This document shows, one piece after another, positions 27,431-41,090 of a stretch of DNA of 64,000 nucleotides. The stretch comes from Narcine bancroftii (lineage: Eukaryota). The position numbers were made by a program, and so were the translations under genes. The stretch covers positions 206,708,001 through 206,772,000 of the forward strand of contig NC_091473.1 of NCBI RefSeq assembly GCF_036971445.1, read 5' to 3'. The notes beneath the pieces were generated by a model, which saw only the letters and a program-made list of their open reading frames with translations, was not told where the DNA came from and did no database searches. Positions within the stretch are counted from its first letter, which is position 1, and the number at the start of each line of letters is the position of its first letter.

Positions 27431-30148
27431 CGCCACAGCATTGGACTTTATGAAGTAGAACGATGACACTAATATTGCATTCGGTGGCGCCAACTCGGAT
27501 TTGAAATATTTATCAAGGATATTCTTAGGTTCAATAAATAAGAATGGATAAGAGCAACCAATGAGTGTAAAGAACACAAGATGTCAGACGACCTTAAAAG
27601 AGGGCGAACACAAGCATTCAGTCAACAAATATTGTGGACATCGAATAGGTACCGGTGTGCAGGTTTGGAGGATACATTAATGCAAGGTTTAAAAGCGTGC
27701 AACTGTTTTCAGACTAATATTATTGGATCTTAATTCTAACTCGATGAACTTACTGAAAATTCCAGTCATTTCGCTAATATCCATATAAGGTCTAAAGTGA
27801 AAAGAAGCTTTGCATAATTTATCTAAATTGTCTACGTACGTTTGAATTGAATTGCAATCTCTCCGGACAATTTTACAGTATTTCAACTTCTGAATTCACC
27901 GAAAGTATCCAGGTAAAAGGCCTAAGGTCACTCTGAGGAAAGTCTCGGGTACTTATGAAGCGAAATCATATTTTGTAAAAACTCATTTCTGTCAACACCC
28001 AGAGCGTGGGAATACCAAACTGTTTAACAGCAGTCAAAATAATTTATCGACTCCTCATTTAATACTTCACCCTATGCCGCATATGTGGTGTTAATGAGTT
28101 TAAACCTTTGAATAAAATCGTCTATCGTATTTTCAAAACTTAGTTTTACCAACTTCAGTGGGTGTGTGGTTTCCTGCCATCTTGATAACTCTTCCCTAAT
28201 GTTGTTCATTTTCCCTTGTCGCTGATCTGTTTAGGTTCAGCCGTGATTCATTTGTCCATCGGTTGAAAACGACATTCCAATGTCTGTATTTAGATTCATA
28301 ACCTCTTCTCTCTTTTTATATTTTTCTCCAAAATCTGAATGTTCAAGGTAGATTGCTTCCATTCCTTCCTTGAATAAGAATAATGAATATTAACACTCGC
28401 CACTGAGTCTGCACTCTCACTAATGTTCCAGAATTTCTTTCGCTTATGTGTCACCAGCAACTGCTGAGTTTGAAGCGAGCACAGTAATGGAAAACAAAAT
28501 AACGGCTTCACCCACGCTGAGATCAAGAGCCAGTTTTCTCCTGGAAGACTAGATACTTGCTAATCATAGAGATCAATCATTGACAACCTTCGTGGAAACA
28601 GCCTATGAATGAATGTCTGAAAAACCCTCAATTAGACTAAGAATTCCGACGCAGGCCCTCAGACCCGTTCAATATTTTCCTACTTGATTTTGCGACCTGC
28701 CAAGGTTTCTATTGTGCTTCTTTCTCATAGACCTTCATTCCCTCATCTTTCAAAGGGATGTCCATTTCTTCAAAAACACACATAATAAGCTAGCCTCCAC
28801 AAAACTGTAGGCTTGAAAATTCCAGAGTTTCGCTTTGATTTGGGATGCCATATAGAGACGAAATTCAGTTGAAAAAGATTATTTTTATCGTAGCATCAAA
28901 TCCATATAATCAATAAAAGCTCTACCATTAGTGAAAATGATCCAACGCCTAACCTTTCATTTCATGTCAGCAACATACATAATTGAATTAAATCCTTCAT
29001 TATTTGGAAAATCTTGAACGATTATTAAAATACCAAGAAAAAAATTCTGGAGAACGATGTGTTCCACAAACAGCCAAATGTGTTGTTTGAAGTATACTAA
29101 ATAGGATAGTACAAAGAAAGGAAAGGAATTCATCATTGCCATAGCATTCGATATTAGGTCTCAATAAATCTATTAACTATTCACAAAGTGAAATTTGCTA
29201 ATTGCCTCTTTTTTAACTTGTCGGATATCTATACCATTCACAATAATCGTGAAACGTTGTGGATATAAGGAGCATTCTTCTTTGGAGATGTTGAGAGTCA
29301 TTTCAAGATATTGGGGAAGGGTCATCTCTGCTGTAACAGACACAGATGGACTCTCATTGAAAACAGGCATAGACACCACATCCCCTCTCACCACTGTCTT
29401 TTTTTTTCTCAGAGACATGCCAACACTTTTTCATATGTTCATAAAGGGTACAAGCCAGAAACGTTGGTTAGGTTTTTTTGCTATTTCAAGGATATTGCTT
29501 GATCTGCTGGGTTTCTCGTGCATTGTGTGTGTTTTAGAGAAGTCCTTAAGTATATTCGCACAATAATCATGAAAGATATTGACGAATGAATGTTCTAACC
29601 ATGTACTTTTGTGCACAAACAACGAAAAATATAAATGCTGCTGCCAGGACAAATATTATTTGTCAATATATTAATAGAATTTCTTTATGTCTTGGATCGC
29701 ATTGATTACCAATTATACGTGGCGATAATAATCTCTGCAGTAGCATGTTGCACACAAAGAAACATAAAAACACCCTTATTGTTCCTTTAGATAAATTCTG
29801 TTTACTCTGTTCTCTTTGATAACATCACCTTCCAGAAATGAAAACAACGGCCATATCGCCGAACAGAGCTATTGAATGGGAAACGAGCAAAAATGTAATT
29901 TAACTTATTGTCTTATCACTTCGTTTCTAATTATATCGAGATAGCCACGAACTCGGAGACAGATGTAAACTAAGAGCAGATTCCACTAGGTAGTCGTAGT
30001 CCCCAAGGATGTAATATCTACGCCCTTTGTTAATATCGAGGGCTTTCTTCGTTGTAATGGCGAGGAGGCTATGTTTTCCAAAACAGTTTCTGCAAGCAAA
30101 ACTGTTTCACATAGTGAACACTTACTGTGTCCCAGCTGGTGGCTAAGC

Positions 30149-30222
30149 GTGTGGGCGGTGTCTGAAAACAAACGAGGTCTCGAGTGCAGATCCAATTCGT
30201 TGACACTAAATACCCGCCCAAT
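30149..30222 (+). promoter_or_regulatory. Putative V1 promoter elements (GC boxes, CCAAT)
   Basis: GTGTGGGCGGTG 30149-30160 is identical at 40775-40786; CCGCCC/CCAAT at 30214-30222; no Ig octamer seen nearby. Confidence 0.4.
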
Positions 30223-30318
30223 GCCGCACCAGTACCACCATCTTGAACTGTAGAATCTAAAACATACTTAAGACCGAGAACAGTTCGATGAGAATACAAT
30301 ATTTCCTTCATTGGCAAT

Positions 30319-30364
30319 ATGAAAATACTTGTCATCTGGATTGTCTTCGGATCATATGTTGCGG
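30319..30364 (+). CDS. TCR alpha/delta V1 leader exon (MKILVIWIVFGSYVA+g)
   Basis: 46-nt signal-peptide exon, phase-1 donor G|GTAAAA, 99-nt intron 30365-30463 with CTAAC branch site and TTTTCAG acceptor; splices in frame to the V exon. Confidence 0.9.
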
Positions 30365-30463
30365 GTAAAATTATAATGAACAATTTCAGTCATTTATTCG
30401 AACAGGGATTAGGCATCAACTGTAATCACAGCCAGTCTAACTAACAATATTTGTTATTTTCAG

Positions 30464-30770
30464 ATCGTGGTAATGGAGATTCTGTCATTCAAACTAAGTC
30501 CTCAACAGTGAAGCCAGAAGGTGAGGCGGTGACTTTCAAATGCGACTATGATACTACAGTGACAAAGTACAATCTCTTCTGGTACCGACAGCAACAAGGC
30601 AAAATAATAGAATTTGTTATGAGAAAATATTCGCTGGGTGCTGAAGATAAAGCGGATTTCGCTCAAAACCGCTTCTCTGCCGACCTCAAGACCACAAGAA
30701 AATACATCCGTTTAACCGTTTCGGCACTACAGCTGAGAGATTCTGGCATTTATTACTGCGCCTTGCAACA
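30464..30770 (+). CDS. TRAV/TRDV: TCR alpha/delta variable segment V1, V exon, open frame
   Basis: DSVIQ...VTFKCDY...LFWYRQ...NRFS...LTVSALQLRDSGIYYCALQ: both Cys, Trp and DxxxYYC present; TRAV/TRDV-style frameworks; followed by an RSS. Confidence 0.9.
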
Positions 30771-30808
30771 CACAGTGATCGAATCAAAGAAAACTTCTTA
30801 CAAAATCT
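30771..30808 (+). other. V1 recombination signal sequence, 23-type with 22-bp spacer
   Basis: CACAGTG 30771-30777, 22 nt, ACAAAATCT 30800-30808. Confidence 0.9.
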
Positions 30809-31109
30809 TCAAACTCCCAAAGTCTCTATTTCAAATCAGCAGGCGATAGATAAGCACATGCTTGCTTTTGTGGTTTTCAGTTACTTTGAATTCGAGATGA
30901 ATATTTAGAATTTCCTTTGTATTCAATCTCTGGTTTTACTACTCGTGGTTCTTCTCACATGCTGGAAATTGTCTCTCGAATGTCTGTGTTAATGTTCATA
31001 GCATCTGCCCTCACCTATTTTAGCATGAACATTTGGAGGCTTTGGTAAGTTTGGTGTGATATCATATTGCTGGCAGAATTCATATCCTTCTTAACTTTCT
31101 GAAAGTTTG

Positions 31110-31597
31110 TTATATCCCAGCGACCGCCATTCCTACACCCACCTGACTATCCATGCACTTCTCCATGGCCAGAATAAGTCAGGTCGTAATCTCTGCAGAA
31201 CAACATATATTTTGTTGTGATCAGTCCAGAGCACGGTGATATGAAGAGGGAATTTTCCAATTTCGGGCAAGCAAGACCCCGACTCTTATTCTCAGTTACT
31301 TCTTTCTTTACACTTCTCCACCAGTATTAATCAATGCCCCCCACCCTACGGACGTTCTTATCGCCTCAGATTTCATATTAATCCGCCAATATTTCCACAG
31401 AATTATTCCTCTGCCGACGTATCCCCTGTCATTTCATCAATATTTCTCTCACAGCTCTCGTTATAATCCTTTACTCTTATCGGATTACAATATCGTAAGG
31501 GCATTTATCTGCTATTATAACATACTCCACACAACCTCACTCACCGTTCACCTGAACTTGGTTTCAATCTTTCTCGACTCCTTTATTTAGCATATGC
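31110..31597 (+). mobile_element. Penelope-like repeat 3' fragment; paralogue at ~41745-42420
   Basis: gaacaacatatattttg...gatatgaagagggaattttccaatttc plus a pyrimidine-rich tail; resembles the ERV target repeat. Confidence 0.45.
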
Positions 31598-32019
31598 TAT
31601 TATTTATCGCTAATCGAATTGTAAATATATCGATACAATTTATTTCAAAATTCGTGGATTAACGCCTTGTAGCTTCTTTTTAACCTTTACGTTTGTCTCC
31701 TGGAAGTCGATTTTGTCTGTCCATATCTCATAAAATTCCAACTCCCTCTGGAAGCTGGTGACATTGTTCCTATTTTGGAGTTTCTGTGCTCCTTCCAGAG
31801 ATTTAATATAAGAGATTTATTTTTATTTCACCTCTGTTTAAATCAGATTTCCCGCACCACCCAAGGCTTGCTTATGATCAAACACATTTATATGACACGT
31901 ACATGTATGGCTAAGCTCGGCAATTCCTATTGAATCACCTGCTGAAAAATTCTCTTGGGATGAGGATAGATCCTTTCTCAGAAATCACGCAAAATGCGTC
32001 GGAGATCTTTGACATGCAA

Positions 32020-32578
32020 TCTCCCGCTGTGTTATTGAAGAGTTGTTGATGAGGTTCTTCAGTCCACTGATGAGTCACCATTTGCAGTACTGTGTGCAGT
32101 TTTGCTCCCCTTATTTCAGAAAGGATGTAATGATGTTAAAGAGAGTACAGATATTTCCCAGGATTATTCATGGAGTGTTTAGCGGCTCTTGGGCAGTATT
32201 CAGTGGATTATAGAAGAATGACAGGGGATCTTATAAAAAATATTTCGAATGCTGAAAGGTTTTGAAAGAGTAGAAGTGAATACAATCTTTACTTTGGTGG
32301 ATGAATCTAGGACAAGAGTGAACAGTCTTAGAATTGGAAGGTACCAATTTAAAACAGAGAACCGTGGAAGTGAGGAAATCGTTGCCTCATAGAGCTGCAG
32401 AGGCAATATCATCGGGTGGCTTTGGGGGGAATATTGATAGGTATTTAATTAGTCAGGGTATCAAATGATATGGGGAAAAGACTGGAATTTGGAACTAGAT
32501 TTGAGAGCAATTTATATCAGGGTGGATTTGAGGAGAAGACTCGATGGTCTATTTCTGTTCCTTTATATTGTGATCTTG
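32020..32578 (+). mobile_element. Old CR1 3' fragment (copy B)
   Basis: Paralogous to 20770-21365. Confidence 0.75.
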
Positions 32579-33317
32579 TGATTATTTTTAAGGTCAATGA
32601 GAACGTGGAACAGAATCTCTAAATACTCATCTTTTCATGTTTTACATCAATCACGGGACATGCTTTCGAATTGCGACCTTTCCCTGATCCGACTTCAGAT
32701 GGTTTAGGTGCAAACTGATTCTCGAAAATAGACGCCTAATTCTAGCTACGCCATTTCTTATCTGGGGTCCAACCAATACGTGGCCTCACCACAACCACTT
32801 TGGCAGTCTCGAGAAGAACAATTCATTGGTTCCCGACATGCCAAATATTATTGCGGTAACGAGACATAGTGGGATGTACTTATAACCTCCAAAAGAATTG
32901 TACTTCTTTTGAATATTATATTTAAAATAAAAATATATAAAACACCAATTAATAAATCATGAATCACAATAATAAAGATTACAAATGTTGATCAATATAT
33001 AATAAGAAATGAAAAAAGAGTAAAAGTATATAAAAATCCTCTACTAATATCTCCCCCACCCCCTCCCTAACCCTGATTAATCCTACTGAACTAAAGCCTA
33101 AATCTAAAGTACATGCTAACTTAACTATATATTGATGTATGCTGCTTCAGATCACTCTAACATCTCAAAGCAAACATTTTTCTATTAAGACACTTACTCA
33201 TTTTCAGATAAAACTAAACTGGTTGGAGGTTTCAACCATTATTCGAGCATACGAGTACCAAAATAAAAAAGATTTACATCTCAAATTAAATGTCATTCTT
33301 TTCCAAAAGGATAGGAT

Positions 33318-33920
33318 TGTTACGAACCCAAAGGACACCAAAAGGCAGCAGCAATAAATATTCACCACAAGTAGTTACTTAAAGAAAAGTTGTTTTAACT
33401 ATCTTTAAACATGAAAACAGAATAAAACTTTAACTTATAACTATTAAATTAACTAACCCAACTTAACACCCTTCTAAATCTAAGCCTACGTGTATGCAAT
33501 GTGTGTGTAAATTTAAAAAAAGTTCTTTGGTTCACAGTTCAATCTCACTTTTCATTCTTCCAAGTTCACTGGTGGCAGACAATTCTTATTTTGTGCACAG
33601 AATTTAACATGTATAAAGTTCACCAGGTTTTGGTGCACGAAAGGTAAATGGCTACCGCTCAGAAAATTCCTTATAGGTTTGCAGAGAGAGATGTGTACTT
33701 CCAGGATTTCCACAACTAAGGTACCATCATTTCTCATCTCAATGCCTTGCTGATGAAACATGCCCCATCAGAGTTCTTTCAGGCTTTCACAGAGTTCCTT
33801 TCTGTTCGATTTCTTCAAAACGAAACTTCAGGCAGATAACACTTCCAGCCATCTGCCACTCTTGAGCTTCTGATTAAGTTTCAACAAGTTTACCTCGTTT
33901 GTTACAGCTTTTCGTGTGAC
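33318..33920 (-). mobile_element. LTR (probable solo LTR) whose other end lies in the gap
   Basis: Starts TGTTACG, related to 34763-35643, absent from copy A. Confidence 0.7.
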
Positions 33921-34161
33921 NNNNNNNNNNNNNNNNNNNNNNNNNNNNNNNNNNNNNNNNNNNNNNNNNNNNNNNNNNNNNNNNNNNNNNNNNNNNNNNN
34001 NNNNNNNNNNNNNNNNNNNNNNNNNNNNNNNNNNNNNNNNNNNNNNNNNNNNNNNNNNNNNNNNNNNNNNNNNNNNNNNNNNNNNNNNNNNNNNNNNNNN
34101 NNNNNNNNNNNNNNNNNNNNNNNNNNNNNNNNNNNNNNNNNNNNNNNNNNNNNNNNNNNNN
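33921..34161. other. Assembly gap
   Basis: Run of N. Confidence 1.
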
Positions 34162-34762
34162 CTGTTATACTTCTGCATCCATAAGGGAATCTGTAAATAT
34201 TTAATTATTTTTTTATAAAATTCAATAGGATACCCATCTGCTCATGGAGATATACTATTTTGTTAAAAATAAATTGTAAACAATAAACTTCTTGTTCAGT
34301 TAAAAAAAACTATTTAAATCATTTTACCGGTCTGTCAACGTTGATAATATAATTTGTGACAAATAATCATCTATAAATATATCATAATGCAACGATTCAG
34401 ATGTATACACGTTTTCAGAAAATTTCTCATTTTTTCATTTATTTCCTGAGGTTTAAATGCCACTTCTTTTATTTTGTTGTATTGATTTGATTGTTCAAGA
34501 AGACATTAATTGCCAAGCAAAAACTTTATGAAATCATTATCCTAATTCGTAATATTTCTGTTTAGATCATAATATCATTTTCTGTGTTTAAGAGTAAGCA
34601 TTGTATTGTATTAAAATTCATTATTAGTTAAACGACTAATTTTGTTATCTGTATTTATTTTTTAAATTTATTTTTCCAACAATGTATTTTTATTTCTAAT
34701 TTACCTACATCTTGCATATATCCCTTTTTCAGTTTCGAAGTATAGCTTATAATGTGGCCTCG

Positions 34763-35643
34763 TGTTACCAGTCCAGAGTACCTCAAACCCCAGCAGCAAT
34801 AAAAAAATGTGCCATGACAAGGGGATACTTAAACAAAAGTTCCTTTTAAATATATTTGAACATGAAAATAGAATCAAAATTTTAAGTTATCTCTATTGAC
34901 TCACTTAACCAACTTATTACCCTCCTAATTCTAAGTGCAGGCGTCTCTGATGTGTGTGTAAGTTCAGCAAAGTTCTTTGGCTCACAGTCCAATCTCACTA
35001 GTTGCAGGTAATTCTTGAACTGTGCACAGATGTTAACATTAATAAAGTTCAGAGGGATTTGGTGCTTAACAGATAATTGGTTGCTACTCAGATGGGTTTA
35101 TGTTGGTGTTCAGAGAGAAATTTCCTTATCCAGCATATCCCCAACCGATTCCTTATTTAATCAGCCACTCCAGTGTATTGCTGACGAACCTTGCCCTCTT
35201 CAGGGTTATCCAAATGACAACCTCTTTCTTGTAGGTCACCACAGAGATCCTTTTTATTTCCCCTGTTACAACGGAAACATCGGAGAGCCAGTCCTCTCAT
35301 TTGACCAGGCTTTCTTCCAACGATTGACAGCTTGGCCCCAAGGAACAGATGTCTCTGTCGCTCCATTTACCCCCTCCAACACTGAGAGCAAAGTCTGTTT
35401 TTTTCTGCTCTCTCCCTGAAAAGAACACATGACCTTCCAGACAGAAAATTCTGTTTTCCTGATAGATCAGTTACTGAATATTGTTACATTTGTTACCTTA
35501 TGAAAACAACACTCCATTATTGAAGTCTCTGCCCAGTCTTGCAAATGATCCTGCATAAATTCTGTTTTAAAGTGTTTGCATGAGACCCCTTTAACAAACC
35601 TTTACCTATGTATCTCCGAAATACCTCTATATACTCTGTCCAA
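34763..35643 (-). mobile_element. Solo LTR, 881 bp, 4-bp TSD CTCG
   Basis: Termini TGTTACC...TGTCCAA; CTCG at 34759-34762 and 35644-35647; empty site gtcctcgtaattaagc at ~24808 in copy A. Confidence 0.85.
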
Positions 35644-38600
35644 CTCGTAAGTAAGCTATTAATGCATCACAAATAATAAACTTATTTTCAGTTGAATGTA
35701 AATTTGTATCATAAAACAGTTCCATATTTTGTCGTCCAAAAGAACACAAATCTTTGCTTCCCAATAATAAAGTTTAATGTCCATCTATATACTGAATGCT
35801 GTTTTTCAGTAAATTCCACTTCAATCTGCAATAGCGAATGCTCAGATGATATTCTTGTTTTGTACTAAATCTTCAAAACTCTTTAAGCTGCTTTAGAATT
35901 AACTGTTGTTCTCTATTATTTATCCAATAGAGGATATAAACAAAAATTAAAATCTCCCCCTATTGCAATATTTTATGAACGTCTGCTAAATTTAAAAAAG
36001 TGCCGTGTATAAATGTCTCATTATCTATAAATGGTGGATATATATTTAACAAAATCCATACCTCTGAAAATATTTGACAATTTACCATTATATATCTACC
36101 AAGCAGATCTGTGATCACATTTTCAATTTTAAATATCAGTATTTTCTTTATTAAAATTACAACTCCACTAACTTTAGAATTATATAAAAATAAAACTACC
36201 TAATCCACCCAATTTTAAATGTTATGTTTCATTTAAATGTGTATCATGTTAAAAAATGATATCTACTCCCAATTTCTTAATATGAGGCATTTTTTGCTCT
36301 TTTAATTCCGTTAATTGTATTAATTTTAAAAATCATGATATTAACAACTTCATACATTTTCTTTCTTTGAAAATATTGCAAATTTCCTTTCCATCACTCT
36401 TAACCAGCAAAAAATTCCTACAAATAGATTTGGTCCTGAATGTCATCGACTGCAATCCAAAATCATCAAAATTATTCAGAATATCTACATCATAATGAAT
36501 TACTGAATAGAAAGGAATAATAAAAGAAAAACAAAACAAAAATAATTCCACAAGTGCTGGAAAAACTTGCACTACCACCCTCCATTTTACTGGTCATGAA
36601 CAAACCATGAAAACATGTATCCGGAGAAAACAAAATCACTTTTTATCTACATACAATAGAAGGATTTTTCATCCCTCAAAATAAGGTAATAAAAGAGAAA
36701 ATTGTGATTGCCCGCCCTCCCTTTATACATGAGATTCTTCACATCAAATCAGTGCCCTCTGTTACTTGAAGTTTAGGCAGATTCTCAGCATACTCTTCGG
36801 CTTTAAAATAATTTGTAAAAACAAACATTCTGTTGATCTGCGACAAATATTCTCAAAATAGCTGGATAATGTAAAAATAATTAATACCCTTGATTATGTT
36901 AACGCTCTTAACTAGATTACATTCTCTCCAATAATTTTGAACCAAATCTGGATTTAGAAAAGTACTCTTATCCCCTTTGTAACTCAAATGTTCGCATTCT
37001 ATATCTCTTCTCTTTGATAGAACAAGAGTCCTCTCTCTATTCTGGTAGTTGAACAATCTAACGAGGATAGTCGAGGTCTTTGGGTTGGATGAAGCTTTGG
37101 TCTCAAAGCTCAATGAGCACGCTCAGCTAAAATCTCATCCTAGAGATGTTCTTCTCCAAATAGCTCTTTATTAATTTTTTGAAAAACGAATCACATCATG
37201 TCCTTCAGACAGCCCTGCAATTTTCAAATTATTTATTTTACTAAACTTTTCCAGTATATCAACTTACTCGAACAGTTTTTAATTCACAGAGTTCAAGTTA
37301 GTAATCATATTTTCATTCATATTAGGCCTCTCCTCAATACATTGTACATTTTCGTGAACATCTTGAATTTTATTTCCCAATTTATCAACTCTCGGTGAAA
37401 CATTAATTATCAACTTTTTTTTCAAATGTATTTTAACTTGTTTCAGTTCTGCAGTTAACAGTTTAAAAATTATTCTGCGAAGCTTCAGAAAGTCCATCTA
37501 TTTTATTTTCAATTTTACACATTGCTTTTTTTTTAATATTTTTCTTCCATCTAAATCATCCCTTTTCTGAACTTCACATTTCATCTTCACTGCCATACTC
37601 TTATTAAGCCTTCTCGACTGGAGAATTATCACCTTCTTGCTCATTAGCTAAAATGCCGAAAAGCCCCTTTTAGAGACTTGATGATTTTTTGCATTTATTT
37701 TCCTTCTGTAGCGTGCAGGCCCGACTTCACGCACATGCACGATATAGTTTTACCTGTTTCTTGGTCGCTACCTTTACGGGGTACCGCAACGAAGTCTCTG
37801 GAGGAAGGACCCTCATCAGGGTCTTCGGTGGTGTATCCAAAGGAGAATTCAGCAGCCTACCTCGTTTGCAAGATAGGCCCGATTTTTCTCTTAAACTATT
37901 TTTCCGATTTTTTTAAGGTGTTGCTATTAGAGATATTTTGACGACGTTTTCTTCTACTGTTAATCTCTTTAAATTTATTTTAAAGCAGTTTTTATTACGT
38001 TAGCTTTTATTTCTATAATTTTTGGGGGTACATGATGCATCTCACTGCATTACGCCACCCCCAAAAAAATGCATTGCAATTGATAAAGTAGAATGATGAC
38101 ACTAATATTGCATGCGGGAGTGCCAACAAGGATTTGAAATATTTATCACCGTTATCTTTAGGTCCAAGGAAGAAGAATGCATGATGGTAACCAATGAATG
38201 TGAATAACAGACGATGTTGGACCACCTTAAATGAGGGCGAGTACCTCAGTCAACAAATATATTGGACACGGAGTGTAGGTTTGGAGTGTACATTAATGCA
38301 AGATTTGAAAGAGGGCAATTATTTATGGCTTCGGATTAAAATTATTGGATCCCAATTCTGACTCGATAGACATATTGAAAATCTTGTTAATTTGGCTAGT
38401 GTCCATATAAGGTCTAACATGAAAATAAACCTTGTATAATTTATCTAAATTGTCGACAGACATTCGAATTGAATTGTAATATTTCCGGACAAAATTTCAA
38501 GAATTTCATTTTCTGGATTCAAAGCAAGTATTAAGGTAAAAGGCTTGAGGTCACCCTGATGAAATATTCGGGTTGTTATGGTGAGAAACCAGGTTTTGTC

Positions 38601-40944
38601 AAAACTCGCTTCCTGTCAATATCCATACAGTGGGAATATCAAACTGTTTTACAGCCGACAAATCAACGAATAGACTCCTCGTTTAACACTTAACCCTAAG
38701 CCAAATATGTGGTGTTAATCAATTAAAATCTCTCAAAAAAACCCATCTAACGTATTTGCAAAATTCAGTTTTAGCAACTTCAGTTGAATATGTGTGCATC
38801 CTGTGTGGGTGTGTGGTTTCCTGCCACCTTGATAACTCTTCACAAATTCGTTCATGTTCCATTTTCCCCCGGATCTGTTTTGGTTCAGGCATTATTCTTT
38901 TGTCCATCGGTAGAAAAAGTTATTTCAATGTCTGTGTTTAGATCAAAACCTCTTCTCTCTTTAGTCATTTTCTCCAATATCTGAATGTTAAGGGCAGATT
39001 TCTTGCTTTGCTTCCTCGCACAGAGATAAAGAATATTAACACTCGCCACTGTTTCTGCAATCTCATTTACTGTCCAGAATCATTATCGCTAATGCGTCAC
39101 CAGCAACTGCAGAGTTTAAAGGGAGAAAAGTAAAGGATACAAAATTTGGCCTTCACCCACGCTGAAATCAAGAAGTGCCAATATTCTCCTGGCAGACAAG
39201 ATACTTGTTAATCATAGAGATCAATTACTGGCAACCTTAGTGGAAACATCTGTTTTGCTGAACGTCTGGAAACCCCTCAATTTGATGGATATAAGAATCC
39301 CGATGCAGAATAGACCGCTTTTGCCCTCAATGTTTTCCTTCCTGATTTGCAACCTGCCAACGTTTCTATTGTTCTGCTTTCTCGTAGACCGGCATTCCCT
39401 CATCTTTCCAACAGATGTCCATTTCTTAAAACAACACATATAATGAACCGGCAGGCTTGGAAATTCCCGAGTTTTGCTATGCTTTCGGATGTCATATCGA
39501 GACGAACTTCAGTTGAAAAAGATTATTGTTATCCTGTCATCAAACCATTTATTCAATAGAAAGTGATCTGACTTCTAATTTTTCATTTCTTGTCAGCAAC
39601 ATACATAATTAATTTACATCCTTCATTATTTAATATATCCTGAACAATTATTAAAAGACCACGAAAACATTCTGGATAGCAATGCATTCCAGCACGAAAG
39701 TGTTAGGTTAAGTATCTTAAATTAAGAAAGTATAAACAAATGAAAGGAATATATCATTGCGTTAGCATTTCACATTAAGTATCAATAAATATTTAACTAC
39801 TCACAAAGTTAAATTTGTTAATTTTCTCTTTTTAAATTGCCGGAATCTATATCATTCACAGTCGTGAAACGTTGCGGATAGTTCAAGCTCCAAACGTCAG
39901 AATTCATATTCGTTTTTTGAAGATGTTCAGTGTTAGTTCAAGATATTATCTGCTGCAAATGAAACTGATGAACTCTCATTGATAACACACACCCCTCCCT
40001 TGTCCTCAAACACACGCCAAGACTTTTTTCATACGTTCATGAAGGGTACAAGCCTGAAACCTCGGTTTAGATTTTTAACCATTGTTTTTTCAAGGCCGCT
40101 GCTGGAGCTGCTGAGTTTCTCCAGCATTGTGTGTTTTTAGAGAAGTCCTTAAGTATATCCGCACAATGATCATGAAAGGTATTGACGCATGAATGTTCTG
40201 ACTATGTGATTTTGTGTGAAGCGATGAAAAATATATATGCAGTTGTCAGGACTGATATTATTCAACAAGACAATCAACAGAATTCCTTGAATTGGACGTG
40301 TCGATAATAATATTTGCAGTAGAATGATGCACTATATTAGTCACAGAATCATACAAACACACTTATTTTTGCTTGGGGTCAATTTTGTTTATTCAGTTTT
40401 CTTTGACAACTTCCACGTTCCAGAAATAAGAAAAAAACAATGCCCATGTCGCTGAACAGTGCTACTGTATGCCATATGGACAACAAAGTAATGTAACATC
40501 TTATCGTATCACTGGGTTCCTATCGAGATATTCACGGGCCCGGAGACAACTGTAAGCATAATAGCAGACAGTTGGTTTGGTCTCTGAAACGATACTGAGT
40601 GCTGAATTGACTGAGTAGTCATAGTCCCCAAGTTTGTAATATCTGCGCTCTTTGTTAATAACGGGGGCTTACGTTGTTGTAATAGCGAGGTGGCTATGTG
40701 GTCCAACACTGTTTCTGCAAACCGAATTGTTTGACATAGTGAACACTTACTGTGTCCTAGCTGGTGCGATAAGGGTGTGGGCGGTGACTACATACCAAAC
40801 GAGATCTCCAGTGCAGATCTATTTCATCGACACTCACTCCCCGCCGAATCCCCTACCAGCACCACCAACTCATTCAGTAGAATTAGAACATATTTAAGAC
40901 CGAGAACAGTTCAATTACATCCCAATATTTCCTTCATTGGAAAC

Positions 40945-40990
40945 ATGAAAGTACTCATCATTTGGATTGTTTTCGGATCATATGTTCCGG
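40945..40990 (+). CDS. TCR alpha/delta V2 leader exon (MKVLIIWIVFGSYVP+g)
   Basis: 46-nt exon, G|GTAAAA donor, 100-nt intron 40991-41090 ending TTTTCAG; in frame with the V exon. Confidence 0.9.
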
Positions 40991-41090
40991 GTAAAATTAT
41001 AATGAACAATTTCATTCATTTATCCAAACAGAGATTAGGCATCAACGGTAATCATCAGCCAGTCTAATTAGCAATATTTGTTATTTTCAG

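Larger units (their letters stand above)
20387..31601 (+). repeat. Tandem segmental duplication, copy A (~11.2 kb, contains V1)
   Basis: Colinear with 31598-42221: CR1 fragment, L1, upstream region, V gene, downstream flank. Confidence 0.9.
32905..38062 (-). mobile_element. Degenerate L1/Tx1-clade LINE (copy B), interrupted by two LTRs and a gap
   Basis: Colinear with 21700-27400; ORF1 relic TILVRLFNYQNRE (36853-37113). Confidence 0.85.

Noticed and set aside
27356-27577. Poly-tryptophan ORF
   Set aside because: Translation of the (CCA)9 microsatellite.
30464-30770. Codon bias favouring AID hypermutation
   Set aside because: All V1 Ser codons are TCN and V2 has one AGT outside the CDRs; no obvious AGY enrichment.
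8761-34218. ORFs containing X runs
   Set aside because: Artefacts of N gaps.
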